Shown here: piece after piece, positions 1 to 8,497 of the stretch | How the letters are laid out: the number at the start of each line of letters is the position of its first letter | Position numbering within the stretch: position 1 is the first letter of the stretch | Origin: Candidatus Woesebacteria bacterium | Lineage (GTDB): Bacteria; Patescibacteriota; Saccharimonadia; Saccharimonadales; EFPC-124 | Assembly (NCBI GenBank): GCA_050115675.1 | Contig: JASFQB010000005.1 | Span: 88,556-127,392, forward strand | Length of the DNA stretch: 38,837 nucleotides | Direction: 5' to 3' | The notes under the pieces: model-generated | Database searches by the model: none | Told to the model about the DNA's origin: nothing | What the model saw: only the letters and a program-made list of their open reading frames with translations | Position numbers and translations under genes: made by a program

Positions 1-1
1 T

Positions 2-169
2 TTCATTCAAATAAGCCCAGCTGTTGAGGCGCTTGTTCACATTACCGAATTGGGTGAAGGTGAAGGTGCTGATCCAGAAAAAATCTTTAAAGTTGATGAG
101 AAAAAGAAATTTATTGTCTTGGGTATAGAAAAAGACAATCGAAAGATTTCTCTTAGCTTAAAAAAATAA
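2..169 (+). CDS. rpsA: S1-domain protein, probably 30S ribosomal protein S1 (3' end only)
   Basis: Manual translation of frame 2 gives FIQISPAVEALVHITELGEGEGADPEKIFKVDEKKKFIVLGIEKDNRKISLSLKK*, an S1 OB-fold pattern (VEALVHI..L...KISLSLK). Partial at the window edge. Confidence 0.75.
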   Translation, partial: FIQISPAVEALVHITELGEGEGADPEKIFKVDEKKKFIVLGIEKDNRKISLSLKK

Positions 170-211
170 CATAACAATTGGCAGTGATGCCGCCAGAAAG
201 GACGGATATAC

Positions 212-1978
212 ATGGCGAAAAAGATGGTTATCGCTGATATGATCACCGTAGGCGAGCTGGCGGCTCAGCTTGATTTGCCAGTAACGAAATTAATTGGAGA
301 GCTGTTTAAGAATGGCGTAATGGCCACGGTTAACCAGCGAATTGATTTTGAAACTGCGCAGATTATTGTTGAAGAGCTTGGTTTAGATGTTGATCTTGAA
401 AAGAAAGTTGGCACAGAAGCTGCACCAGCTACTAAAAGCGAGCGAGTATTAAGCGAAAAAGCAGCGTCTAGACCTCCTATTGTTGCTGTTATGGGACATG
501 TTGACCACGGAAAGACTTCACTTTTGGACGCCGTTTTGGATACAAAAGTCGTAAGTGGTGAAGCAGGCGGGATTACGCAGCATATTGCTGCTTATCAGAC
601 CAAATATAATGGTCGTCCAATAACTTTACTAGATACTCCTGGCCACGAGGCGTTCAGCGCGCTGCGTCAGCACGGCGCAGCGTTGACTGACGTTGTTATT
701 ATAGTTATTGCTGCAGATGATGGCGTTAAGCCGCAAACTGTAGAGGCAATTAAATTTGCGCAACAGGCAAATGCAAAAATTGTTGTTGCAATAAACAAGG
801 TAGATAAACCAGACGCCGATGTTAACCGTGTTAAAACTCAGTTGGCCACAGATTACAACTTAGTTCCAGAAGAATGGGGTGGCAATACGGTCATGGTTGA
901 GGTTTCGGCTAAGACTAAACACAATTTAGACAAGCTGCTTGAGCTTGTTTTGCTTGTTTCTGACCTTGAAGATTTGCGTGCAGAGCTGGATGTTCCGGCA
1001 GAGGGCTTGGTGATTGAGTCGCATATGGAGCAAGGCCGGGGCGCTGTTGTATCTCTTTTGGTGGAGCACGGAAATCTGAAGCCAGGAAGTTATATCGTGG
1101 CTGGTAGCTCCCATGGTAGAGTTAGAACATTGTTAGATTACGCGGGCAGGCCGCTTAAGCAGGCTGGTCCTTCTACTCCAGCTACTGTTACTGGATTTAA
1201 AGAGCTTCCTCAGTTTGGTGATAGGTTTACTGTGCATGCTAATGAAAAGGCAGCTAGGCGCGCAACAGAAGAGCACAAGCAGGCTCATAAACAAGATGTC
1301 ACAACGTCAAATATTTCTAGTACAGAACTATTAAGTATGATTGATAGGCGCAAAGAAAAGCAGTTGGTTAATATTATTGTTCGGGCTGATGTGCAGGGTT
1401 CGTTGACCTCTGTGATTGATAGTTTGCGGTTGCTAGAAAATGATGAGCTTGCTTTGCGAATTATTAGCTCAGGTGTTGGAAACATCTCTGAAAACGACGT
1501 TCGTTTGGCAGAAACCAGCGATGCTGTAATTTATGGCTTTAATGTGCAAATGCCGCCAATTGTCAAGCGCCATGCTGTGGCGGCTAAAGTTCCTGTAAGG
1601 ATCTTTACTATTATTTACGAGTTAATAGATGACGCCAAGACAATGCTAGAGGAATTGCTTTCGCCTGATATTGTAGAGGCTGAGATTGGTAAGCTGGTGG
1701 TTAAGGGCGTGTTTAGGATTGCCAAAGAGGATGTCATTTGTGGTGGTCAAGTCACAAAAGGCAAAATTGAGGCAGGTTTGCTTGCTCGTGTTGTTCGTGG
1801 CAAAGAACAGATTGCCGAAGTTGAAGTAAAGCTAGTCCAGCGAGAAAAACAAGAAGCCAAAGAGGTATTTGAAGGCGAAATGTGTGGCTTGCAACTTAAA
1901 ACAAAAGGACGCCTAAACGTTGAAGAGGGCGATAAGTTAGAATTCTTTAGGCGTGATTTAGTTAAGCGAAAACTATAA
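212..1978 (+). CDS. infB: Translation initiation factor IF-2 (short form)
   Basis: GHVDHGKT, GGITQHI, DTPGHEAF and NKVD GTPase motifs; one IF2_N-like segment at the N-terminus; SD-like GAAAGGACGG upstream. Confidence 0.98.
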   Translation: MAKKMVIADMITVGELAAQLDLPVTKLIGELFKNGVMATVNQRIDFETAQIIVEELGLDVDLEKKVGTEAAPATKSERVLSEKAASRPPIVAVMGHVDHGKTSLLDAVLDTKVVSGEAGGITQHIAAYQTKYNGRPITLLDTPGHEAFSALRQHGAALTDVVIIVIAADDGVKPQTVEAIKFAQQANAKIVVAINKVDKPDADVNRVKTQLATDYNLVPEEWGGNTVMVEVSAKTKHNLDKLLELVLLVSDLEDLRAELDVPAEGLVIESHMEQGRGAVVSLLVEHGNLKPGSYIVAGSSHGRVRTLLDYAGRPLKQAGPSTPATVTGFKELPQFGDRFTVHANEKAARRATEEHKQAHKQDVTTSNISSTELLSMIDRRKEKQLVNIIVRADVQGSLTSVIDSLRLLENDELALRIISSGVGNISENDVRLAETSDAVIYGFNVQMPPIVKRHAVAAKVPVRIFTIIYELIDDAKTMLEELLSPDIVEAEIGKLVVKGVFRIAKEDVICGGQVTKGKIEAGLLARVVRGKEQIAEVEVKLVQREKQEAKEVFEGEMCGLQLKTKGRLNVEEGDKLEFFRRDLVKRKL

Positions 1979-2032
1979 CTATTTTGCCAGCATGCTGTAT
2001 AATTAAAATCACAATAGGGTGAGAAATACAAA

Positions 2033-2335
2033 ATGCAGCAAAGTGACGCAGCGAACAAATTTGTAGATAAAATTTTAGAGCAAAAGGGTGTTGATGGTGT
2101 TGATGAAAATATCGTAAAACAAATGCGCGAGGATTTGTTGTCTAGCTTAGATGCTATGATAAATAAGGCGATTATTGATTCGCTATCGGCGGAGCAACGG
2201 ATTAAACTTGAGCATTTAATTGACACCAACCAGATTGACAAAGTGCAGTCATATGTACAGAGTGTGGGAGTAAACGTTTCTGGAATTGTAGCCAGGTGTA
2301 TGATGCAAATCCAAAGAGATTATTTGGGGGTTTAA
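2033..2335 (+). CDS. Small helical protein, DUF5663-like
   Basis: 100 aa, amphipathic-helical pattern similar to 6713..7021. TATAAT at 1998-2003 upstream; the stop is immediately followed by the next ATG. Family call is recognition only. Confidence 0.55.
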   Translation: MQQSDAANKFVDKILEQKGVDGVDENIVKQMREDLLSSLDAMINKAIIDSLSAEQRIKLEHLIDTNQIDKVQSYVQSVGVNVSGIVARCMMQIQRDYLGV

Positions 2336-5300
2336 ATGACTAAGCCGCCAATGGGTCCAAGCCCGTCTAATTCAGAACTACTACCACATGGCGAGTATCT
2401 ACATGAGGGGCGCCTTAAAATTGTTATTGCAGGACTTGATAAAAACGTGCGGGCCCATGCAATGGAGGCGGCTAATCAAAGGCTTTCTGATAAACTGGGC
2501 GAGAATGGTTTTAAGGGGTTTTTGAATAAAATTTGGCACGGTGGTTTTGCGCGTGAGCATTATTTGCTAAAGTATGCAAAAGAGGCAAAAGCAGATATTG
2601 TTGAGTCTGATAATTTATTTGAAAACGAAGGCTTAAGCGCGGAAGAGTACAAAGTTGCAACAACTTTACGCTTTGCCCATGAATATGACGGTCTTGTCCA
2701 TGAAGAAGTTGGTGAGCATAGACACGTAGTTGATCGAAATGAAGACGGTTCTGTAGATGTTGAGGGGTACGAGCTTAAGCATCACCTTTTTGATCTTGTG
2801 AGTCAATATGCGGCTGGTGAATTTGATGGTCCAACCCCTGACGATACTGAACGAAACTTTAACGAAGAGGCGAGTCGTCTTATAACTGAGCTTATTGAGC
2901 GAGGGGTGATTTCTAAGGACCATGTGGGTGAGGCCAGGGTTAGGCTAGATAATTTGTATCAAGTTAGTCAGAATGTGCGTGTAATGGTTGATCATGGAGT
3001 TGGTCTTGATGAGATCGCTCACAATACAGACATCGTGCTTGGAGAGGCTAAGGTGGGGGCAAGAACCGAAGCTGATACTACTCGAGCCGAGAGGATGGTC
3101 GAGAAGCTGTCAGGCAAAGCTTGGATAAATGAGGGTACAGTTATACCTGCCGTTACGATTGCTATGAGTACGGCCAATTTTGCTGCAAAGGCTGGGGCAA
3201 GTGCAGCCGTTGCAGCTGTTGCTGGTATTGCTGTTCCCGGAGCATTGGCCGGTGTTTGGGCGGGAATGCGCGAGTCGGCTAGGTCAAAAAGAGAACTTAC
3301 TGAGCTTAAGAGGGGTATTGAAACGGGAAAAATAGAAAACCCAGAGTCTAGTATTATGCGTTCGGCAGAATCCCTTATAGACCAGTTAGGCGTTCTTTAC
3401 GATGACAATGGTGAGCTTAGGATAAGCGACGAAGATAGTATGTACGGAGTGTTGGCGACGATTGCTGAATGCGATTCTCGTATTTATCTTACAAATGTTA
3501 GCGAGCCGTTAATATCTGATGCCTCTGAAATGGATCGTTATGATCTTTATGTTGCTTTGGCAAAGGCAAAGAGTGATGTGGCTGACTTTATTCAGATGTC
3601 AAGTGATTCTCAACTTAGACAATTGGGCTATGATGACGTTGCGATTGCAGAACTTAGGCAGAGTGATGATTTAGTAGATGCAATTTTGGCTCCGTATATT
3701 GATGCCGAGGATGGTGTTTTAAGTAAAGAGATTACAAGTAATGCGCGCTTAGAGCGCAAAGCTCATCTGAAAAGAGTGGGGCTTGCGGCTCTCCAGGGGT
3801 CCGCGTTAGGAATATTTGCTGGTGGTGTCTCGCAAGAGCTTTACTCTTTGATGAACGATGAGATTCAGGGTGTTGTCGAGGGGAGATTAAATGCTAACTC
3901 TGATGCCAGGCAGACATTTTATCAGAACTTTATGGGTCGTGGCGAGGGCTCACATGAGGCTTTTGCGGATTTAACTAACTCTAATCGTACTGAATCTATT
4001 GGTTCTAGAGTGAATATCCAATTGCCGGAGGGGTTCAGTTTTGTTCGAGAGGGAGATGTGGCAACAGTAACGGGTCTAGATGGTTTTCGTGTTGAAAATC
4101 TATCCTTAACTGAAGATGGTCATTTTACTCCTGCTGCCGAACAAGCACTTGCTTCAAAAGGACTAAACCTAATAAGGTTCGAAGATATTTCGCCTGTAAA
4201 TGTCGAAAAAGAAACCGTAGTTTCGGCCAGAGAGTTTTTAGACAATCATCAAGATAATGTAACAAAAGTAACGCGCGATTTTTGGTACACAAATGCCATA
4301 GAAGGGCGTGCTGATGGTGCAGAATTGGGTATTAGCCAGGTGCGCGTAGATGCTGACGGCAATTATGTCGTTGATTTATCTGGCATGGGCGAAAAATCTT
4401 TTACATCCAATGGTCAAGAAGTTGACTGGCGGCAAGCGGCAAGCGAAGGTAAGCTATCTTTGGTTCTAAGTGCATCCAGCGGGAGTCAGTCGGAAGCTAT
4501 TATGCTAGACATTGATCCGTCGGGTCCTGTTGTTGTTGACAAGGATAGCTTTGCGGCTTCGATGTTTAGCCAACATGATGGCGAAGCAGCGATTAAGGGT
4601 AAGTTTTTGGAAGTGGTTGAGGTTGCTGGTCAAGATGAAGATGGAGTTACGCATATACGGCCTTTGGCTACTGCCGTTGGCGAGGGAGCTGACGTTTTTC
4701 AGGATAAGCTGCAAGTTGTTGAAAACGTGCAGTCTACTTTGTATAGTGCGGAGTATACTGCCCCTGAAGGCAATGCATCGCAAGTTGCTATTCCGTATGT
4801 TTTGCCTGTTTCTATGACGGGCTGGCAGCCGAGTCTAGGTAGGCGCAAGGAGTCTGGTCAGCCACTGACTACCGAAAACTCTAGAACTGAGCCTTACGAT
4901 AACGAGGCTTATAAATCTATGCCTAATGGCTTTGATAATGAGAATTATTTTGGGACTGAGTTTGATAACTTTGAAGACGATGACTTTGATAACGAAGCTC
5001 GGGCAGAGGCAGAGGCAAAAGTAGAAACAAAAACGCCCGAGGCAAACCACCAGTCTGTAAATGTTCCTGAGCTGGTTGTAGAGTTGCCTCCAGATAAATT
5101 CCAGCCTGCTGAGAATTTTAGGCAGCAATGGGAGTTTGAGATGTCTCCTACTTTGGAAGAAAATCCCGATGCGCAATTAGATATTAACGAAGAACTAGAT
5201 CGTTACATAGCCGACCAAGTAATAAGACATGGTCGTGAGTATGCAAATAATATTGAGAGTCAAAATAATACAATTGGCCTAAGTGAGCTCATTACTTCTG

Positions 5301-6709
5301 ATACTGAAGCAATTGTCTGCGCAAAGATCGAGGTGAGTGACAGCGGCATTCCTATTCGCGACATTGTATCTGCATATGCAAGGCAGGGCGAGGAGGCTGT
5401 GAGTAAGTCAGTATTTTTGATTGATATTGCATGGTCTGCTGATGTTAGCTCCGATGAGGATGCTGCAGCGTTGTTTTCTAGGGTTAATTCTGAGTTTGTG
5501 CGTGCGCGAGCTGAGTTTCCAAGCCTTAAAGTTACCGCTTATGCTAGGGACTGGCATGAGCGTGGCTCAATGACAGAGAATGAACACGCAAAAGAACGCT
5601 ACGACGTGGCTGCATTTGCAGCAGAAGCAGCTATAAGTGCTGGAAAACAGAACTCACTTGGTGATCTGTTGATAGTCTCAAACGACGCCAATGCTACAAG
5701 CATACCTGCAGACTACCTAGGCTCTTATATTAAGGAATTTGAAGCAAATCCAGAAACAGACGTCTTTACGGGAGCTTATGTAAGACAGGGAGCTGCCACT
5801 CCGGACTATCCTGGCTATGATGTAGTTATGTCGTTTTTGTCTAATTTAGAGGTTGAGCATCAGCAAGACAATCCGGCAATGACTGGATACGTTATACAAA
5901 ATGGATCAAACATGGCGTTTAGAATGTCAGCATATGCCGCAGTAGGTGGTTGTGCGGGCGAGGCTGTTAGGGCAGACGACGAGATCTGCCAAAGGGTAGT
6001 TAACGCTCGTCAGGGGTCAATTGGCGGTAGGCCTGTTGTGCAGCACGTTGCGGATGCGCAAGTTACCGCTACGCTTGAAACTGATGAATCGTTAGAGCAG
6101 TATAGGCGTGGCAATTGGGTTGCAGAGCCAGTATACGCTGGTGAGCAAAATGGTGCAATGATCAACGCAGAAGACCCGCAAAGCGATCTTAGCGGCATAG
6201 TTGACCGTATTGAGCTCAACGTAAACTCGTACATTGCTAACATACCTAGCAAGCCTGAAATTGTCGAGGATGCCTTGGTTAAGACGTTTGGCCCAATAAG
6301 TGGAAGTAAGGCGGCCTTTGTAATGCGTTGGAGTAGGGATTATACTAAGGCGCAATTTAATTTAACAAATATTGGTCGTCAGATGTTGTTGCAAAAGTTG
6401 ACTAATCCGAACACCGAGGAACCTGCAGAGTTGCCCACAGTGGAGTCTGTTGCAAATGGTGGTGTCGAAATAGAAAATAGCGAGATTACTCCTAGTGTAC
6501 CAAGCGTCAAGCCTAAAATTGGCGATATTTTGGTGTCTTCCTCTGGCATGCGTCTTAAGATAGATGGCACCGATGGTCGTGGCATGACTTGGTTTAAGTC
6601 GCTTATGCCAGACAATATTACGCCTTATCCTACACAGCCCCAAATTCGAGTTAACGAGCGTAAATTATCAGACATGTTAGTTTCGGGCGAATATAAAGTT
6701 TTGCGATAA
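2336..6709 (+). CDS. Giant multidomain protein: Gly/Ala-rich hydrophobic segments, beta-rich middle, acidic linker, degenerate GT2/GT-A-like domain
   Basis: Uninterrupted 1457-aa ORF. Hydrophobic segments at about 3140-3268 and 3776-3829. GT-A-like motifs LLIVSNDANATSIPADYL and GSNMAFRMSAYAAVGG. Confidence 0.7.
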   Translation: MTKPPMGPSPSNSELLPHGEYLHEGRLKIVIAGLDKNVRAHAMEAANQRLSDKLGENGFKGFLNKIWHGGFAREHYLLKYAKEAKADIVESDNLFENEGLSAEEYKVATTLRFAHEYDGLVHEEVGEHRHVVDRNEDGSVDVEGYELKHHLFDLVSQYAAGEFDGPTPDDTERNFNEEASRLITELIERGVISKDHVGEARVRLDNLYQVSQNVRVMVDHGVGLDEIAHNTDIVLGEAKVGARTEADTTRAERMVEKLSGKAWINEGTVIPAVTIAMSTANFAAKAGASAAVAAVAGIAVPGALAGVWAGMRESARSKRELTELKRGIETGKIENPESSIMRSAESLIDQLGVLYDDNGELRISDEDSMYGVLATIAECDSRIYLTNVSEPLISDASEMDRYDLYVALAKAKSDVADFIQMSSDSQLRQLGYDDVAIAELRQSDDLVDAILAPYIDAEDGVLSKEITSNARLERKAHLKRVGLAALQGSALGIFAGGVSQELYSLMNDEIQGVVEGRLNANSDARQTFYQNFMGRGEGSHEAFADLTNSNRTESIGSRVNIQLPEGFSFVREGDVATVTGLDGFRVENLSLTEDGHFTPAAEQALASKGLNLIRFEDISPVNVEKETVVSAREFLDNHQDNVTKVTRDFWYTNAIEGRADGAELGISQVRVDADGNYVVDLSGMGEKSFTSNGQEVDWRQAASEGKLSLVLSASSGSQSEAIMLDIDPSGPVVVDKDSFAASMFSQHDGEAAIKGKFLEVVEVAGQDEDGVTHIRPLATAVGEGADVFQDKLQVVENVQSTLYSAEYTAPEGNASQVAIPYVLPVSMTGWQPSLGRRKESGQPLTTENSRTEPYDNEAYKSMPNGFDNENYFGTEFDNFEDDDFDNEARAEAEAKVETKTPEANHQSVNVPELVVELPPDKFQPAENFRQQWEFEMSPTLEENPDAQLDINEELDRYIADQVIRHGREYANNIESQNNTIGLSELITSDTEAIVCAKIEVSDSGIPIRDIVSAYARQGEEAVSKSVFLIDIAWSADVSSDEDAAALFSRVNSEFVRARAEFPSLKVTAYARDWHERGSMTENEHAKERYDVAAFAAEAAISAGKQNSLGDLLIVSNDANATSIPADYLGSYIKEFEANPETDVFTGAYVRQGAATPDYPGYDVVMSFLSNLEVEHQQDNPAMTGYVIQNGSNMAFRMSAYAAVGGCAGEAVRADDEICQRVVNARQGSIGGRPVVQHVADAQVTATLETDESLEQYRRGNWVAEPVYAGEQNGAMINAEDPQSDLSGIVDRIELNVNSYIANIPSKPEIVEDALVKTFGPISGSKAAFVMRWSRDYTKAQFNLTNIGRQMLLQKLTNPNTEEPAELPTVESVANGGVEIENSEITPSVPSVKPKIGDILVSSSGMRLKIDGTDGRGMTWFKSLMPDNITPYPTQPQIRVNERKLSDMLVSGEYKVLR

Positions 6710-6712
6710 TGT

Positions 6713-7021
6713 ATGTTTCAAATAGATGATATATTTTTGCTAGAAGTTGGGCTAGAGTCTTTGTCAAATGATGAAAAAGAGGGGCTGTTGCTTTGTGTTG
6801 AAGAAGAGCTGCAAGTTAGAATCGGGGCGTTATTATCAAGTAATATGGATGACGAGCAGCTTGCTCACTTTGAGTATCTGGTGGCTCAAAATCAGCAGCA
6901 ACTTGCCATAGAGTGGTTGAATAGTAACTGTTCAGATTACAAACAGATTGTTGCTCATGAGGTTGATAAACTAAAAGACGAAATTAAAAATAATAAAGAC
7001 GTAATTTTAGGTGGAGGCTAG
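6713..7021 (+). CDS. DUF5663-like small acidic helical protein
   Basis: MFQIDDIFLLEVGLESLSNDEKEGLL..VEEELQVRIGALLS..MDDEQLAHFE...WL...DYKQIVAHEV resembles the CPR DUF5663 family pattern. Its stop overlaps the fmt stop (CTAG at 7018-7021). Confidence 0.7.
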   Translation: MFQIDDIFLLEVGLESLSNDEKEGLLLCVEEELQVRIGALLSSNMDDEQLAHFEYLVAQNQQQLAIEWLNSNCSDYKQIVAHEVDKLKDEIKNNKDVILGGG

Positions 7022-7920
7022 CGATCTTTTTTGTAGCCGCGCAAAAAAGCCTCTGAGTCCATATTGCGACCGCTTGGAGCAGTTACTTCTTGTATTTCGA
7101 TAAAACCTTGCCTGCATGGCATAACTAAGTGTCCGTCAAACTCGTTTTTGGCTTGCCTAGCTTTTACGATAGTAATATCGTGACCAAAAATATTAGTGCG
7201 TGATTTTGGCCATTCGGCGTATGCTCTGATTTTTCTTTCAATAAGCTGAGCTGGCTCTTGCCAGTTGACTATGCCGTCTTGTTTCTTGATCTGTTTGGTA
7301 AAGCTGGCTTTTGTTTCATCTTGTGGTGTAGGGGTCGCTTTATTCTGGAGTATGTCTGGCAAAACTTTTAGCAACAGTTCGCCTCCTATGTTTAGTAGGT
7401 GCTCTGAGAGCTCTTGCTTTGTCTCTTTTTGATTTAGCTTGATTTCTTTTTGCGTATAAATTGGACCCGCGTCCATGGCTTTGACTAGGCTCATAATTGT
7501 TACCCCCGTTGTGGCCTTGCCATCAATAATGGCTTGCTCAATTGGAGTTGAGCCGCGATATTCTGGCAGGAGAGAGGGGTGTATATTTAAAATTCCATGC
7601 GGAAAGATATCGATAATTGATTGAGGTATGATCTTCCCGTAGGCGACAAGTATCCCGGCTGCTGCATCGTATGACCGCAGCTGATCGTAAATTTCGGCTG
7701 GCTTTTCTGGTAGAAGAACTGGTATGCCGTGCCGTTTTGCAACTTCGGCAATTTCAAGCTTGCGAGCTTTGCGCGAGGTGCCTTTTTCGTAATTTGCTGC
7801 AACTGCAGCTATATTGTAACCGTTGTCTATTAGGCGCTGTAGCGTCGGTGCGCCGTTTGGCAAAAAACCCGTGCTTAAGCGTTCGTTACCAAAGAATATC
7901 AGACTTGATGATTTCGTCAT
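7018..7920 (-). CDS. fmt: Methionyl-tRNA formyltransferase
   Basis: VAYGKII, NIHPSLLPEYRGSTPI and MDAGPI motifs; directly downstream of def. Confidence 0.96.
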   Translation of the reverse strand: MTKSSSLIFFGNERLSTGFLPNGAPTLQRLIDNGYNIAAVAANYEKGTSRKARKLEIAEVAKRHGIPVLLPEKPAEIYDQLRSYDAAAGILVAYGKIIPQSIIDIFPHGILNIHPSLLPEYRGSTPIEQAIIDGKATTGVTIMSLVKAMDAGPIYTQKEIKLNQKETKQELSEHLLNIGGELLLKVLPDILQNKATPTPQDETKASFTKQIKKQDGIVNWQEPAQLIERKIRAYAEWPKSRTNIFGHDITIVKARQAKNEFDGHLVMPCRQGFIEIQEVTAPSGRNMDSEAFLRGYKKDR

Positions 7921-8455
7921 GTGGAATCTTCTCTAGTTCACCTTCGTCATTCAGCTTGTAAAAAGCATCGTCGTTTTTTATGTGGTCAATAAATACTATT
8001 CCGTTAGTATGATCAACTTCGTGCTGCAAAATTCTTGCTAAAAAGCCTTCGGCTTTAAATTTTACTTCTTTTCCGTCTGCATCTAAAGCTTCTACGCGAA
8101 CTTTACTATACCGCGGGACTAAGCCGTATATATCTTTTACGCTTAAGCACCCCTCGTGATCATATTCTATCTTGCCTTCGTATTTAACTATTTTAGGATT
8201 AATTAGCGCAAGAAAGTCGCGATCATCTTTGTTGTCAAAATCGTTTCTAATAATAACAACGCGATGTGCATCGTCAATTTGAATAGCAGCGAGCGCAACA
8301 CCTAGTTCGTGTGGCCTGCTGTCCTCCCAGTCTAGGGTGGCAGCTTCCATGTTTTTGATTAGTTTTTTGACTTCATCGGTAATAACATGCACGCGTTCGG
8401 ATTTTTGACGCAGATGTGCATTGGGTAGGGTGATAATATTGTCTCGAGTCATCAT
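7886..8455 (-). CDS. def: Peptide deformylase
   Basis: GVALAAIQI, EGCLS and QHEVDH motifs. Confidence 0.97.
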   Translation of the reverse strand: MMTRDNIITLPNAHLRQKSERVHVITDEVKKLIKNMEAATLDWEDSRPHELGVALAAIQIDDAHRVVIIRNDFDNKDDRDFLALINPKIVKYEGKIEYDHEGCLSVKDIYGLVPRYSKVRVEALDADGKEVKFKAEGFLARILQHEVDHTNGIVFIDHIKNDDAFYKLNDEGELEKIPHDEIIKSDILW

Positions 8456-8497
8456 ATAAGGTATATTATACGCTAAATTGTCTCTGTTGGGTAGGTT

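Noticed and set aside
212-1978. IF-2 apparently truncated (588 aa)
   Set aside because: Short IF-2 lacking most of the N-terminal region is normal in reduced genomes; all core domains are present.
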